Positions 47,727 through 59,152 of a DNA stretch of 64,000 nt are shown in pieces. How positions within the stretch are numbered: the first letter of the stretch is position 1; each line of letters starts with the position of its first letter. The position numbers and the translations under genes are program-made. The stretch is from Chloroflexota bacterium (GTDB lineage: Bacteria; Chloroflexota; UBA11872; VXOZ01). The notes under the pieces are model-generated. The model worked only from the letters and a program-made list of their open reading frames with translations, was not told the origin of the DNA and did not search any database. The stretch spans positions 198,915 through 262,914 of the forward strand of contig CATQHC010000002.1 of assembly GCA_958295775.1 (NCBI GenBank). Direction: 5' to 3'.

Positions 47727-48503
47727 ATGAGTGCCCCTTTGCCAGCAGTCCGGCTCGACGTTTTTGCAGGACCGCTCGATGTCTTGCTGCGCCTCATCCA
47801 AGAACAGAAACTAGACATAACGGACCTCTCCTTGATGGCGGTGACAAAACAGTTTCTTGACCACGTTCGGGGAATGGAAAAGCAGGATGGACCGTTGCTC
47901 GCAGCCTTCCTGCGGGTAGCTGCCCAACTCATGCACGGAAAGTCCCAGGCCTTGCTACACGAGCCGCAGGACTTCTTGGACGAGACAGAAGAGTCTTTGG
48001 AGGAACAACTGCGGGGCTACGAGCGATTCAAGCAGATCATGACCGCGGTCGCGGCGTGGCAGGAGGATTGCGACGTGGCGTACCAGCGCATGGCCCCAGC
48101 GCCGTTGCCTGTGGCTTTGCCCCAACCGGACCTGGTGAATTACGCGCCCGATGACCTGGTAAGTGCACTGGCGGCGGTGCTGGAAGAGAGGGAAGAGGAT
48201 CTTCCTGCGGTGGCGCGTCGGACCGTGCATATTGAGACCTACCTCGACCGCATTGGCACACTCCTGCTGCTTCAAGGACAAACCGGATTCCGGGAACTGA
48301 TCGAGCCGGTCCAATCTTTGGAAGAAATCGTGGTGGCTTTCCTGGCAGTGCTTGAGTTTCTCAGATCGCGCAAGGCACAAGTGCGTCAGACCGGCCTTTA
48401 CGCGGACATTCTCATCCTTTCCATGGATGCGGAGCGAGCTGCAATTCCACGGGATGAAGTAGCTGCTGGCAATATCCGTGATGCGGTCGCGGAAGTACGA
48501 TGA
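47727..48503 (+). CDS. scpA: Segregation and condensation protein A
   Basis: VRLDVFAGPLDVLLRLIQEQKLDITDLSLMAVTKQFL. Confidence 0.85.
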   Translation: MSAPLPAVRLDVFAGPLDVLLRLIQEQKLDITDLSLMAVTKQFLDHVRGMEKQDGPLLAAFLRVAAQLMHGKSQALLHEPQDFLDETEESLEEQLRGYERFKQIMTAVAAWQEDCDVAYQRMAPAPLPVALPQPDLVNYAPDDLVSALAAVLEEREEDLPAVARRTVHIETYLDRIGTLLLLQGQTGFRELIEPVQSLEEIVVAFLAVLEFLRSRKAQVRQTGLYADILILSMDAERAAIPRDEVAAGNIRDAVAEVR

Positions 48504-49086
48504 GAGGGATTGCGAGCGAATGCCTCTGCCCCTTACCGCTCTGCTTGAGGGACTTCTGTTCGTTTCCGAACGACCCCTCACCATTCAGGAATTGGCGCAG
48601 ATAACGCGAGAGCCCGCGCGATCCGTCGCGGCCGCGTTAGAAGAGTTGAAGGCTGCGTGGCTTGGGAAAGGCATCCTGCTGCAGGAGCAGGCTGGCGCCT
48701 ATTTGTTGGTGTCGCACCCGGAGGTAGCGCCCTACGTGCGCACGTTGTTGGGTGTGAGTCGTAAGGAACGGCTATCGCGTGCGGCTTTGGAGACACTGGC
48801 TGTCATCGCTTACTACCAGCCGGCTACGCGCGCCGACATAGAGCGAGTACGCGGCGTGAATTCCGATCACACGTTGGCAGTGTTGCTCAACCGCGAACTG
48901 GTCGCCGCCGGTGAGAGACGGCTCACGCCTGGACGACCGATCGAATACCGGACTACCTTTGAGTTCCTAAAGTACTTCGGACTCGCCAGTTTGGAGGGCC
49001 TGCCGGAAAGAGAGCGCTTCTTGGCAGAACTGGCAGGGTCCAGCCAGGAAGAGAGCGATGGGCCCGCAGGTGAAAAGACGGCTTAA
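48478..49086 (+). CDS. scpB: Segregation and condensation protein B
   Basis: LEGLLFVSERPLTIQELA…RLSRAALETLAVIAYYQPATRADIERVRGV. Confidence 0.85.
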   Translation: MMRSRKYDERDCERMPLPLTALLEGLLFVSERPLTIQELAQITREPARSVAAALEELKAAWLGKGILLQEQAGAYLLVSHPEVAPYVRTLLGVSRKERLSRAALETLAVIAYYQPATRADIERVRGVNSDHTLAVLLNRELVAAGERRLTPGRPIEYRTTFEFLKYFGLASLEGLPERERFLAELAGSSQEESDGPAGEKTA

Positions 49087-49487
49087 CGCTTGGTGTACTG
49101 GGGCGCTTTGCGCGCGCGCTTAAGCCCGTACTTCTTTCGTTCCTTGACGCGAGCATCGCGGGTAAGGAAACCGGCCTTGCGCAAGGTCATGCGATTCTGT
49201 TCATTCGCGTTGACCAGGGCTCGTGCAACGCCATGGCGAATTGCTGCCGCTTGGCCGCTGATTCCGCCGCCAACCACCTTCGCCGATACGCGAAAGTTCT
49301 CGCCGATAAGGTCCAGCGGCTCCTGTATCACATTCTGGTGTAGGATACGGGGAAAGTATTCTTCAAAGGGTCGGCCGTTTACTACGATGCCCCGCTCTCC
49401 GCCATAGAGACGGATACGGGCCACGGCTTCCTTGCGCCGCCCTACAGCTACATAGTACGGGGCACTGCCATCACTACTCATCAGCAC
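49083..49487 (-). CDS. rpsI: 30S ribosomal protein S9
   Basis: [12 protein letters not shown]…[19 protein letters not shown]…[16 protein letters not shown]. Confidence 0.95.
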   Translation of the reverse strand: MLMSSDGSAPYYVAVGRRKEAVARIRLYGGERGIVVNGRPFEEYFPRILHQNVIQEPLDLIGENFRVSAKVVGGGISGQAAAIRHGVARALVNANEQNRMTLRKAGFLTRDARVKERKKYGLKRARKAPQYTKR

Positions 49488-49938
49488 TTGCTCCTGTTAC
49501 GCTTTCTTGAAATGGCACAGGCTGTTGGGCCTGATGCGGATGGTCCGGCCCGCCGTAGACTTTCAGCTTCTTGAGCATTGCGCGTCCCAAGCGATTATGG
49601 GGAAGCATCCCGCGAACCGCATGCTCAATCACGCGACTCGGATGCCGCTCTAATTGGTCTTCGAGAAGCACTGCGCGAATGCCACTGGGATAACCCGAAT
49701 GGCGGTAGTACACTTTCTGCTCGCGCTTACGCCCGGTTACGGCAACCTTGGCGGCGTTGACCACCACCACGTAGTCGCCGGTGTCAATGTTTGGCGCGTA
49801 CTGCGGCTTGTGCTTACCACGGAGCACGCTTGCGATGCGGGTCGCGAGTCTCCCGAGCGTTTGGTCCGTGGCATCAACGACGAACCATTGACGGTCGACG
49901 TCAACCGCTCGCGTCACGAAAGTTGCCATTGTTTTCAT
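49474..49938 (-). CDS. rplM: 50S ribosomal protein L13
   Basis: [30 protein letters not shown]…. Confidence 0.95.
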   Translation of the reverse strand: MKTMATFVTRAVDVDRQWFVVDATDQTLGRLATRIASVLRGKHKPQYAPNIDTGDYVVVVNAAKVAVTGRKREQKVYYRHSGYPSGIRAVLLEDQLERHPSRVIEHAVRGMLPHNRLGRAMLKKLKVYGGPDHPHQAQQPVPFQESVTGASADE

Positions 49939-50759
49939 ACTTCCTGGTCCTCTTGTGTCAGCGTGAGGACAAACCTCTCGGGGTACGTTACCCGAACTAA
50001 GAAAAGCCCTTTGGCTGGGGCAGTTGGCCCTGCCATCGCCTTATCTCTCGCCCTCAAGACTCTTTCCAGATGTTCTTTCGGTTTGCGTCCTTCACCAATT
50101 TCCAGCACAGTGCCGACGATTCGCCGCATCATATGACGCAAGAATGCGTTTGCCTCAACTACGATATGCACCATGTCACCATTTCGGCGGCACGAAGCCC
50201 TTTTTACATTCCGTATCGTGGCCGCTGTCGCTTCTTCGCCTGCGGCAAATGCCCGAAAATCGTGACTGCCAACCAGATATTGCAACGCTCCATGTATCGC
50301 AGCAGCGTCCAGCGAGTGACTGCGATGCAGTGCAAACCGGTGTTGTAGCGGTGATCGAGTTGCGCTGTTCAAGATATCGTAACGATAGCGCCTGCTCTTT
50401 GCGCTAAACCGCGCATGAAAGTCCTGCTCCGCCTGCGCTACTGCGTTGACGGCAATCGTATCCGGCAGTACCGCATTCAGGGCTCGTTCGAGATCGGCGC
50501 TGCCATGGGCCCAACCGGAGGAAAAGTGAATGACTTGCCCGGTTGCGTGCACACCTGCGTCCGTCCGGCCTGCAGGAACCACGCGTGTCGACTGCTGCGT
50601 AATACGCCCAATTGCTCTTTCCAGTTCCTGTTGAACCGTGGGCCGGCTAACCTGGGCTTGAAAACCACTGTATGGTGTGCCGTCGTACGCCACGAGGCAG
50701 CGGAACTTCCGGTTGCCTGCAGCCGCATTGCGTACGCTATCTTGAATTCTGGGTAACAC
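49935..50759 (-). CDS. truA: tRNA pseudouridine(38-40) synthase
   Basis: [30 protein letters not shown]. Confidence 0.9.
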   Translation of the reverse strand: MLPRIQDSVRNAAAGNRKFRCLVAYDGTPYSGFQAQVSRPTVQQELERAIGRITQQSTRVVPAGRTDAGVHATGQVIHFSSGWAHGSADLERALNAVLPDTIAVNAVAQAEQDFHARFSAKSRRYRYDILNSATRSPLQHRFALHRSHSLDAAAIHGALQYLVGSHDFRAFAAGEEATAATIRNVKRASCRRNGDMVHIVVEANAFLRHMMRRIVGTVLEIGEGRKPKEHLERVLRARDKAMAGPTAPAKGLFLVRVTYPERFVLTLTQEDQEV

Positions 50760-50836
50760 TCCCCTTCGTTCGCTGTCTGCCTATTCTACACGATGGCAGA
50801 TCCGATGAATCGACCCTGCCAATGAAAGAACCTAGA

Positions 50837-51190
50837 TTACTCTACCAACTGGACCATCATGATTGGCGCGCCATCGCCGCGTCGAGTGCCGAGTCTCAGG
50901 GAACGGGTGTAACCTCCCGGCCTGTCGGCGTAGCGTGGTCCCAATTCATCGAAGAGATGGTGCACTGCCTCTTGATGAGGAAGGCGGGAGAGCGCAATCC
51001 TGCGGGCATGTAAGTCACCGCGTTTCGCCAGTGTGATGAGCCGCTCCACACGTGAACGCACTTCCTTCGCACGGGCCGAGGTGGTGTGCACTTCGCCATT
51101 GAGCACAAGCGTACTGAGCAGGTTGCGGCACAATGCCTCGCGTTTACCCTTATCGCGATTCAGTCTTCGAACATACACTCGCTTTCTCAC
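50837..51190 (-). CDS. rplQ: 50S ribosomal protein L17
   Basis: RRLNRDKGKREALCRNLLSTLVLNGEVHTT…AKE. Confidence 0.9.
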   Translation of the reverse strand: MRKRVYVRRLNRDKGKREALCRNLLSTLVLNGEVHTTSARAKEVRSRVERLITLAKRGDLHARRIALSRLPHQEAVHHLFDELGPRYADRPGGYTRSLRLGTRRGDGAPIMMVQLVE

Positions 51191-52152
51191 ACGGGCACCT
51201 CCTCAACTTCCTCAGTGCTGCCCGTACCGTTTGATTCTGTCAGGAAGAGGTCGCTCTGGGCCAGTCTCTCTTTGACCTCAGACAGCGTCTTTGCGCCCAA
51301 CCCCTGAATCTTCAGCAGGTTATCTTCATCCATTGCAAGCAACTGCTCGACAGTGCTGATGCCGCCGCGGCGCAGAGCGTTGTAGGCGCGGTTCTGCAAC
51401 TGCAGAGATTCCAGCGGCGTTGAGGTAATGGGATCTGAACGCGCGATCCCCACCTCGATCCGTTGCGCAAGAGGATGGAAGTTATGAATGAGCGAGAAGT
51501 AATCACACAGGATTTGCCCGCTCTGACTCAGGGCAGTCTCCGGAGTCAGTGTTCCGTCGGTCCACACGCGCAGAATGAGCGCATCCAAGTCCGTAACCTG
51601 GCCGACACGGGCATGCTCCACGCGGTACTCTACGCGACGAATTGGCGTGAAGATCGCGTCCACGGGAACAACGCCGATGGGCGCGTCCTCCTGTGTATCG
51701 GAGAGCGTGAAACCGATTCCTTGCTCCACCGTCAAATACATTTCCAATTCTGCGTCGTCGGAATCCAGGGTTGCAATAGGCTGGTCCGGATTGACGACAC
51801 TCACCTCGGGCGGGCACTGAATATCCGCAGCGGTCGCAACCCCTTCGCTATTCACCGATAGATAGAGCTCAACTGGATTCTCGGCGGTGCAGGTCAGGCG
51901 GATGCGTTTGATGTTCAGGATGATTTGTGTGACGTCTTCACTCACACCGGGTATGTCGGCAAATTCATGGAGCACGCCGGTGATGCGAATAGACGAAATG
52001 GCGGCGCCGGGAAGCGATGAAAGGAGTACTCGCCGCATCGCGTTACCGAGCGTGTGACCGTAACCTCGCTTTAGCGGCTCAATGCGGAAGTGGCCGTAAT
52101 TCTCTTCACTTTCAATGACTCTGACTTCTGGTTGAACTTCCTGCAATTCCAA
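51187..52152 (-). CDS. rpoA: DNA-directed RNA polymerase subunit alpha
   Basis: GHFRIEPLKRGYGHTLGNAMRRVLLSSLPGAAI…; C-terminal domain with ALRRGGISTVEQLL. Confidence 0.95.
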   Translation of the reverse strand: MELQEVQPEVRVIESEENYGHFRIEPLKRGYGHTLGNAMRRVLLSSLPGAAISSIRITGVLHEFADIPGVSEDVTQIILNIKRIRLTCTAENPVELYLSVNSEGVATAADIQCPPEVSVVNPDQPIATLDSDDAELEMYLTVEQGIGFTLSDTQEDAPIGVVPVDAIFTPIRRVEYRVEHARVGQVTDLDALILRVWTDGTLTPETALSQSGQILCDYFSLIHNFHPLAQRIEVGIARSDPITSTPLESLQLQNRAYNALRRGGISTVEQLLAMDEDNLLKIQGLGAKTLSEVKERLAQSDLFLTESNGTGSTEEVEEVPV

Positions 52153-52231
52153 TGGGGAATTTCCTCCCGATACACAGATACGCTAACTACGCTGCGAAAC
52201 ACGGCAAGGCCCAATGAGGGGCACGGTCAAC

Positions 52232-52867
52232 TTAGCGACGAGAGTAATACTCAACGATCAACTGCTCGTTTAGATCGGCATCAATCTCTTGACGTGTCGG
52301 CAAAGTAAGCACTTTGCCTTCGAACTTCTCCCGGTCGATGGTGAGCCAATTCGGCAAAGAAACTGAATCCAGCCGTTCAGCGGCGATCTTGAAGTATTCG
52401 TTGCTTCTGCTGTTTGCACTGACGCAGACCACATCGCCTTCAGTCAGAAGCGCCGAGGGAATGTCGCACTTCCGGCCATTGAGCGTAAAGTGGCCGTGGC
52501 GCACAATCTGCCGTGCTGCCGCCCGGGACGAAGCAAAGCCGAGGCGATAGACTACATTGTCGAGCCGACTCTCGAGCAATTGGAGAAGCGTTGCTCCCGT
52601 AACTCCGGGGCGCGACGTGGCAAGCGCAAAATACTTGCGGAACTGGCGTTCGAATATGCCATACATGCGTCGTGCTTTTTGCTTCTCACGGAGGCGCAAA
52701 CCATAGTCTGACAACCGCCGCCGCATTCCACCGCCACCGTGCATGCCCGGCGGATTCTTTCGTTTTTCGATTGGGCACTTGGGTGTGAAGCACTTGTCGC
52801 CCTTTAAGAAGAGCTTTTGCCCTTCCCGGCGGCACAATCGACACACGGGGCCAACATATCGTCCCAT
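52232..52867 (-). CDS. rpsD: 30S ribosomal protein S4
   Basis: [26 protein letters not shown]…. Confidence 0.95.
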   Translation of the reverse strand: MGRYVGPVCRLCRREGQKLFLKGDKCFTPKCPIEKRKNPPGMHGGGGMRRRLSDYGLRLREKQKARRMYGIFERQFRKYFALATSRPGVTGATLLQLLESRLDNVVYRLGFASSRAAARQIVRHGHFTLNGRKCDIPSALLTEGDVVCVSANSRSNEYFKIAAERLDSVSLPNWLTIDREKFEGKVLTLPTRQEIDADLNEQLIVEYYSRR

Positions 52868-52894
52868 AGACTCTCCTCGAAACTCGCTTACTAA

Positions 52895-53284
52895 CTACAC
52901 GCGCCGCCGTCGCGGCGGGCGGGGGCCATTGTGCGGTATTGGGGTTACGTCGGTGATGCTCACTACATTCAAGCCACCAGCCTGAAGCGAGCGAACAGCG
53001 GATTCACGCCCGGAGCCCGGTCCCTTTACAGAGACCTCTACCTGGCCCATGCCATAATCGGCTGCTTTGCGTGCAACTGTCTCCGCTGCGACCTGTGCGG
53101 CATAGGGTGTGCCCTTGCGGGAGCCCTTGAAGCCGGCCGACCCGGAGCTCGCCCAGCACAGCGTGTTGCCGTTCATATCGGTAATTGTGATGAGCGTATT
53201 GTTGAACGTGGACTGAATGAACGCCTTCCCACGGGCAACGGTACGTCTTTCGCGCCTTCGTGGGCGTGAGCGTGTTTCCGGCAT
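52895..53284 (-). CDS. rpsK: 30S ribosomal protein S11
   Basis: [40 protein letters not shown]. Confidence 0.95.
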   Translation of the reverse strand: MPETRSRPRRRERRTVARGKAFIQSTFNNTLITITDMNGNTLCWASSGSAGFKGSRKGTPYAAQVAAETVARKAADYGMGQVEVSVKGPGSGRESAVRSLQAGGLNVVSITDVTPIPHNGPRPPRRRRV

Positions 53285-53306
53285 TGCCTAAACCCCTAGC
53301 GATACA

Positions 53307-53690
53307 CTACTTCTTCAATACTGCCCGCTTACGGCCGGCAACAGTCTTCGGACGTCCCTTGCGTGTGCGCGCATTGGTGCGCGTACGCTGGCCGTGTGCA
53401 GGGAGGCCGCGGCGATGGCGCATACCCCGATAGCAGCCAATCTCGATGAGCCGGCCGATGTTCTGCTGCACTTCGCGGCGGAGGTCGCCTTCCACTATGT
53501 GACTGGCGGTAATAACCTCGCGAATTCGATTCACCTCATCTTCCGTGAGGTCTTGCACCTTCGTATCCGGCACCACTTGGGCCTTCTCCAAGATCTTGTG
53601 AGACGTGGAACGCCCAATGCCGTAAATGTAGGTTAGTCCGACCCAGACGTGCTTTTCACGCGGGATGTCGACCCCTACTATTCGTGCCAT
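53307..53690 (-). CDS. rpsM: 30S ribosomal protein S13
   Basis: [30 protein letters not shown]. Confidence 0.95.
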   Translation of the reverse strand: MARIVGVDIPREKHVWVGLTYIYGIGRSTSHKILEKAQVVPDTKVQDLTEDEVNRIREVITASHIVEGDLRREVQQNIGRLIEIGCYRGMRHRRGLPAHGQRTRTNARTRKGRPKTVAGRKRAVLKK

Positions 53691-53742
53691 GCTGCTCCTC
53701 CTGTGAACGTCATCCAGCCCTCTTCAACCTGCAGAATTCCTA

Positions 53743-53856
53743 CTAGCCCTGTCGTTGTTTATGGCGAGGGTTCGTGCAGATGATGCGCACAACCCTTTTG
53801 CGCCGGACTACTTTGCACTGTTCGCAGCGCCGTCTCACTGAAGCTTGCACCTTCAT
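53743..53856 (-). CDS. rpmJ: 50S ribosomal protein L36
   Basis: Not in the ORF track; 37 codons [37 protein letters not shown]. Confidence 0.85.
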   Translation of the reverse strand: MKVQASVRRRCEQCKVVRRKRVVRIICTNPRHKQRQG

Positions 53857-53860
53857 GGGC

Positions 53861-54085
53861 TTACCTCCTCCCTCGCCAGGTGATCCTACCACGGGTCAAA
53901 TCGTAGGGTGAAAGCTCAACGGTAACTCGATCGCCCGCGCCTACCCGGATAAAGTTAAGCCGCAACTTGCCTGACAAATGTGCAGTAACCTCATGCCCGT
54001 TATCCAGTTCTACACGAAAGACTGCGTTCGGGAGGACGTCTTGCACGACGCCCTCGATCTCAATTGTGTCTTTCTTCTTCGGCAC
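53861..54085 (-). CDS. infA: Translation initiation factor IF-1
   Basis: [40 protein letters not shown]. Confidence 0.95.
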   Translation of the reverse strand: MPKKKDTIEIEGVVQDVLPNAVFRVELDNGHEVTAHLSGKLRLNFIRVGAGDRVTVELSPYDLTRGRITWRGRR

Positions 54086-54108
54086 CGCAATCTCCGTGCG
54101 CTATCGCT

Positions 54109-54873
54109 CTACGCTACTCTGGTAAGGACTTCCGGTCCATCCTTAGTTATTACAATTGAGTGCTCGTAATGGGCGGAAAGACTACCGTCAGCAGTCACGG
54201 CGGTCCACCCGTCGTCAAGCACTTTGACACGCCAATCACCGGCTGAGACCATTGGCTCAATTGCAATAGTCATGCCGGGTCGTAGCTTCACTCCCGCGCC
54301 GGCCTCTCCGAAGTTCGGCACCTGCGGGGCCTCATGCAATTCTTTGCCTATGCCATGTCCGACAAAATCCCTTATCACGGCGAGCCCCTGTGCCTCCACC
54401 CATGACTGAATGGCATAGCCAATGTCACCAAGGTGGTTATTCGGCACAGCGGCCGCAATTCCACGGCGCAATGCTTCCTGCGTGGCACGCATCACACGGT
54501 CAGCTTCCGCACTTGCGCTGCCAACCGCAAACGTCTTCGCTGCGTCGCCGTGCCATCCCTGATAGATGGCACCCACGTCAATGCTCAAGATGTCTCCATC
54601 TTTCAATTGGTATCCATTCGGAATGCCGTGGACGATCTGCTCGTTAACCGATGCGCATATCGTGCACGGATAGCCGTGATACCCCTTGAAAGACGGCACA
54701 GCCCCGCGCTTCTTTACCTCGGCTTCTGCCAGTGCATCCAACTCTGCCGTTGTCGCGCCAGGCACCACATGCTCGCCGAGGAGCGCAAGGACTTCAGCTA
54801 CTATCTTACCCGCCTGGCGCATGTAACGCAACTGGCGGGGGGTCTTGAGTTGTATTGCTTGAGTCGTTTGCAC
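54109..54873 (-). CDS. map: Methionine aminopeptidase, type I
   Basis: GYHGYPCTICASVNEQIVHGIP, metal-site D/H/E pattern. Confidence 0.9.
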   Translation of the reverse strand: MQTTQAIQLKTPRQLRYMRQAGKIVAEVLALLGEHVVPGATTAELDALAEAEVKKRGAVPSFKGYHGYPCTICASVNEQIVHGIPNGYQLKDGDILSIDVGAIYQGWHGDAAKTFAVGSASAEADRVMRATQEALRRGIAAAVPNNHLGDIGYAIQSWVEAQGLAVIRDFVGHGIGKELHEAPQVPNFGEAGAGVKLRPGMTIAIEPMVSAGDWRVKVLDDGWTAVTADGSLSAHYEHSIVITKDGPEVLTRVA

Positions 54874-54901
54874 GAGGGTAATCCAAGCGTAATTCTTGTC
54901 G

Positions 54902-55558
54902 TCAACGTACGCCCACGTTGCTCAACACGTGCTGTATGCTCTCTGTCACTTCTTCGATCGACTGGGTGCCGTCAACTCTCTGTATTAAGCCTTTCGCCGC
55001 GTAATACGTCAGCAGCGGCTTCGTCCGCTCATGATAGACCGTGATACGCTTGCGCACCGTGTCCGGCTGGTCGTCAACCCGCTGCTGTAGGGGCAGACCG
55101 TCCACGTCGCAGCGTCCGCCGCTACGCGGAGGATTCTTGACCATATGGTAGGTGTGCCCCTCTGGGCAAACCCGGCGGCCTTCCGCTCTTCTTACGATCT
55201 CTTCAGTGTCGCTGTCGATCTCAATTACGGTGTCGATACGTTTCCCAATCTCCGTCAACATCCGCTCCAACGCTTCGGCCTGGGCTACAGTCCTTGGAAA
55301 GCCATCAAGCACCATTCCGTTTTCCGGGAGAAACGAGGTGATTTCTTCTTTCACCATTGCGACTACGAGACAGTCGGGCACGTATTCGCCTTTGTCGTAG
55401 AAGACCCTAGCCTGAGCTCCCAGTTGCGATTCTCTCCGGATGTGGCGACGCAGAAGATCACCGGTAGAAAGACGATGCAGACCGAGACTGCCCGCAATCG
55501 CGAGCGCCTGCGTGCCTTTGCCCGCCCCGGGAGGCCCAAGCAAGATGAGGTTCAACAT
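54902..55558 (-). CDS. adk: Adenylate kinase (with zinc-lid CxxC…C motif region)
   Basis: LILLGPPGAGKGTQA, LVDGFPRTVAQA. Confidence 0.95.
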   Translation of the reverse strand: MLNLILLGPPGAGKGTQALAIAGSLGLHRLSTGDLLRRHIRRESQLGAQARVFYDKGEYVPDCLVVAMVKEEITSFLPENGMVLDGFPRTVAQAEALERMLTEIGKRIDTVIEIDSDTEEIVRRAEGRRVCPEGHTYHMVKNPPRSGGRCDVDGLPLQQRVDDQPDTVRKRITVYHERTKPLLTYYAAKGLIQRVDGTQSIEEVTESIQHVLSNVGVR

Positions 55559-55563
55559 AGGTG

Positions 55564-56901
55564 CTAGCGCAAGAACCCTTCGTACTGCCGCATGAGTAAC
55601 TGAGCCTCAAGATTCTTCATAGTGTCTTGGACGACACCGACAACGATGAGCATACCCGTACTGCTGAGCATTAGCGCCTGAACGCCCGTGATGCCCTGGA
55701 TAATAAAGGGCGAAACCGCAATGAGACCCAGGAACAAAGCTCCCGCCAGAGTTATGCGGAAAATGACGCTATTGAGGTATTGCGATGTCGGTCGTCCGGG
55801 TCGAATACCCGGTATAAAGCCGCCATTCTTCTGGAGAACCTCCGGGATATTTTGCTGCTGGAAGATGATTGCGGTGTAGAAGTACGTAAACGCTACAACG
55901 AGTAAGAAATAGAGGGACCAATAGAGCGGTCCTTGCGGATCGAATGCGTTAATAACGAAGGAGGCAACGCTGCGAATCCAGCCGACATCCGCTGCTTGAA
56001 AGTAGCTCGCTACCGTGCTGGGAAAGATAAGGAATGATATGGCAAAGATCAGCGGGATCATGCCGGCAGAGTTGATCTTAAGCGGAATGTGCGTAGTTTG
56101 TCCGCCATACTGGCGGCGTCCGTGCATGCGCTTGGCATAGTGGACGGGAATTCGTCGCTGGGCCTCGTACATTACCACGATGCCTACCACGATTAGGATG
56201 GCGAGGGCGCCAATGATGAAGAGACTCAGCGTGGCAGTCCCACCCGTCTGGCCAAGCACTGCCTGCCCAATTGTGGTGGGCAGCCGCGCGACGATGCCAG
56301 CGAAGATGATAAGGGAAATTCCTTGTCCGATTCCGTTTTCTGTGATGAGTTCGCCGAGCCAAACGAGGAACATCGTGCCGGCGGTCATGCTAATGATCAG
56401 CGCGAGGCTGCTCAGAAAGGTGGCGCTACTGAAAAGATTGAAGCCGCGAATGACTCCCATCTGCGTGAAGATTGTCGCTTGTCCGAACGCAGATAGCACC
56501 GCGAGTGGCACCGTGCCAATGCGCATGTATTGATTCATGCGGGCCCGTGCGCTGTCGCCGCCCTCGCGGGACATTGCCTGCAACGCCGGAATGACCGGCG
56601 TCATGAGTTGCACGATGATCGTGGCGGTAATGTACGGGTATACACCCATTGCCACAATGGAGAAGTTGGCTAAGGCGCCGCCGGAGAACATGTCGAGGAG
56701 GCCGAGAAACTGTTGTTGCTGGAAGAGCTCCCGCAGAGCTTGCCTGTCCACGCCTGGCACGGGGATATGCGCGGCGAACCGAAAAACAGTAAGCAGTCCC
56801 AGCGTAAATAGCAGCTTACGCCGGATATCGGGGAGCCGAAACGCGTTATAGGCGGCTTGAATTAGCGATGGCGTTTTCTGTGAAGGGGTAGATACAGCCA
56901 A
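55564..56901 (-). CDS. secY: Preprotein translocase subunit SecY
   Basis: 10-TM protein in the canonical position after rplO. Confidence 0.95.
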   Translation of the reverse strand: MAVSTPSQKTPSLIQAAYNAFRLPDIRRKLLFTLGLLTVFRFAAHIPVPGVDRQALRELFQQQQFLGLLDMFSGGALANFSIVAMGVYPYITATIIVQLMTPVIPALQAMSREGGDSARARMNQYMRIGTVPLAVLSAFGQATIFTQMGVIRGFNLFSSATFLSSLALIISMTAGTMFLVWLGELITENGIGQGISLIIFAGIVARLPTTIGQAVLGQTGGTATLSLFIIGALAILIVVGIVVMYEAQRRIPVHYAKRMHGRRQYGGQTTHIPLKINSAGMIPLIFAISFLIFPSTVASYFQAADVGWIRSVASFVINAFDPQGPLYWSLYFLLVVAFTYFYTAIIFQQQNIPEVLQKNGGFIPGIRPGRPTSQYLNSVIFRITLAGALFLGLIAVSPFIIQGITGVQALMLSSTGMLIVVGVVQDTMKNLEAQLLMRQYEGFLR

Positions 56902-56907
56902 GCGGCG

Positions 56908-57351
56908 CTACCCTTCCGTTACAGAGCCGCCGGCCGCCTCAATTTTGGCGCGTGCGGCTTGCGAGAATTTGGGCGCCTGCACGTTGAGGGGATGGGCGAT
57001 CTCGCCGTCGCCAAGAATCTTGATCTGCGCTGACCGGGCCAAACCCTTGGCCACAATGTCTGCGGCAGCCACCGTGGCTCCTGCCTCGAAAGACTTGGCG
57101 AGGTCACCGACATTGACGGGTTGGTACACAACGCGAAAACGAGCATTACTGAAACCGCGACGATGTGGCAAACGTCGCACGAACGGCGTCTGACCACCTT
57201 CAAACCAAGCGGGCACACCGCCGCCTGCGCGTGACTTTTGTCCCTTAGTTCCACGGCCGGCAGTTTTATGGCCCCTGCCACCGTGGCCGCGAGCGACACG
57301 CTTGCGGCGTCGGTTGGCTCCTGCTGGCGCGCTTAGCGCATGACGTTCCAT
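56908..57351 (-). CDS. rplO: 50S ribosomal protein L15
   Basis: GHGGRGHKTAGRGTKGQKSRAGGG. Confidence 0.95.
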   Translation of the reverse strand: MERHALSAPAGANRRRKRVARGHGGRGHKTAGRGTKGQKSRAGGGVPAWFEGGQTPFVRRLPHRRGFSNARFRVVYQPVNVGDLAKSFEAGATVAAADIVAKGLARSAQIKILGDGEIAHPLNVQAPKFSQAARAKIEAAGGSVTEG

Positions 57352-57363
57352 GCGGGTGCAGTC

Positions 57364-57549
57364 CTATTCTACTTCTTCAACGTGTACGAGATGCGAGACT
57401 TTCTCAATCATCCCGCGCACGGCCGGTGATTCATCGTGTTCGACTGTTTGCTCGCGTTTTCTTAGACCAAGCGCCGTAACGGTCTGCTTCTGGTCTTTTG
57501 AGAAACCGATGGTGCTCTTGCGTAATGTGATCCGCAGTTTAGCCGCCAC
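57364..57549 (-). CDS. rpmD: 50S ribosomal protein L30
   Basis: GTG start; [36 protein letters not shown]…; the ORF track extends it to 57684. Confidence 0.85.
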   Translation of the reverse strand: MAAKLRITLRKSTIGFSKDQKQTVTALGLRKREQTVEHDESPAVRGMIEKVSHLVHVEEVE

Positions 57550-57550
57550 T

Positions 57551-58132
57551 CTATGCTTCCTCGCCTTCGGTCGGTGCCGCGCCAGCGGCTGCGGCGACGG
57601 CGGCCTCTTCAGCAGTCGGCTTTCGGCCAGGTCGCATGCGTCCGAGCCGGGAGTACGCCTGGTCCGGGCTCTGCAGCCGCTCAAGCGCCGTCATCGTCGC
57701 CTTTACCACGTTGATTGCGTTGTTTGAACCCAACGATTTCGTGAGAATGTCGTGCACACCTGCCGACTCTACAACCGCGCGCACCGGCCCACCCGCTATC
57801 ACGCCGGTCCCTGGGGCTGCCGGCTTGAGCATCACCTGCGCGGCGCCGTATTTCGCAGTGATGTCATGGGGAATTGTCGCTCCCGCCAAGGGCACGCGCA
57901 CCAAGGCCTTGCGGGCCTTCTCGCCGCCCTTGCGAATCGCCTCTGCTACTTCACGAGCCTTGCCGATGCCGATGCCAACGTGACCGTCGCCATCGCCAAC
58001 CACGACCACTGCATTGAAACTGAAGGTGCGTCCGCCCCGGACCACCTTTGCAACTCGGTTGACGTTGACCAAGCGCTCTTCAAGATTCAACACTGCCGGA
58101 TCGATAGAACCGCGTTCTGGCATAATACTCAT
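57551..58132 (-). CDS. rpsE: 30S ribosomal protein S5 (with Ala/Glu-rich C-terminal tail)
   Basis: [37 protein letters not shown]. Confidence 0.95.
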   Translation of the reverse strand: MSIMPERGSIDPAVLNLEERLVNVNRVAKVVRGGRTFSFNAVVVVGDGDGHVGIGIGKAREVAEAIRKGGEKARKALVRVPLAGATIPHDITAKYGAAQVMLKPAAPGTGVIAGGPVRAVVESAGVHDILTKSLGSNNAINVVKATMTALERLQSPDQAYSRLGRMRPGRKPTAEEAAVAAAAGAAPTEGEEA

Positions 58133-58144
58133 TGCCTCATTCAG

Positions 58145-58570
58145 CTAGAATTTCAATCCTGCCTCGCGGGCCGCCTCTGCGAGCGCGCGCACGCGGCCGT
58201 GGTACTGGTAGCCTCCGCGATCGAAGACCACGGTTTCAATGCCCTTCTCTTGCGCGCGTTCGGCCACTATCCGGCCGACAACTGTGGCTTGCGCCTGCTT
58301 TGCGTGCTGCGTATCGAGTAGCCCCCGCACTGCTGGATCCAAAGTTGACGCCGCGGCAAGTGTCTGGTGGGTAGAGTCATCGATCACTTGGGCATAGATG
58401 TGCAGATTGCTCCGAAACACATTCAGCCGCGGCCTTTCGGCCCGACCGCTTATTTTGGCGCGTACCCGGCGCTGGCGTCTTGCCCGCGGGCTTAGCGATT
58501 TTCTTCCTGATATCAACCGCATTTTATAGACCCATTCATGCCTAACACTATCGTTTTCGAGCGTGTCCAA
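58145..58570 (-). CDS. rplR: 50S ribosomal protein L18
   Basis: [20 protein letters not shown]; the start may be the internal Met at ~58522. Confidence 0.9.
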   Translation of the reverse strand: MDTLENDSVRHEWVYKMRLISGRKSLSPRARRQRRVRAKISGRAERPRLNVFRSNLHIYAQVIDDSTHQTLAAASTLDPAVRGLLDTQHAKQAQATVVGRIVAERAQEKGIETVVFDRGGYQYHGRVRALAEAAREAGLKF

Positions 58571-58590
58571 TAGACTAGCAACGACGGGGA

Positions 58591-59142
58591 CTAGAGCCCT
58601 GCCCCCACCTTGCCGGCCTTGCCGGCCTTCCGCCGCACGTACTCGCCCCGGTAGCGGATGCCCTTACCCAGGTAGACCTCTACCGGTCGGGCAGCACGGA
58701 TATTCGCCGCTACTTGGCCGACGAGACGTTTGTCAATACCCGCTATGTGAATTGTGGTGGGATTCTCCACCTCGATTTGAATACCATTCGGCGGCGCGAA
58801 CTCAACGGGATGCGAATGGCCGAGCTGCATCACGAGTTTATTGCCGGTGAACTGCGCCCGGTAGCCGGTGCCATGCAGCTCAAGCGTCTTGCGGTAACCT
58901 TGTGTGACTCCCTCCACCATATTGGCCACCAACGCGCGGGTAAGGCCGTGCAACGCGCGAACTTCCCTGCTCTCTGAGGAGCGATGCACTTGTACGGCGC
59001 CATCTTGCACCGACACACTGATGGAGGGCGGTGCTTCAATATCAAGCTCGCCTCGCGGCCCCTTTACATGAACGGCAGCGCTCCGAACGTTCACGGCGAC
59101 GCCGCTTGGGATTGGGATCGGCTGTATTCCAACTCGAGACAT
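58591..59142 (-). CDS. rplF: 50S ribosomal protein L6
   Basis: [15 protein letters not shown]…. Confidence 0.95.
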   Translation of the reverse strand: MSRVGIQPIPIPSGVAVNVRSAAVHVKGPRGELDIEAPPSISVSVQDGAVQVHRSSESREVRALHGLTRALVANMVEGVTQGYRKTLELHGTGYRAQFTGNKLVMQLGHSHPVEFAPPNGIQIEVENPTTIHIAGIDKRLVGQVAANIRAARPVEVYLGKGIRYRGEYVRRKAGKAGKVGAGL

Positions 59143-59152
59143 GGGATTTACC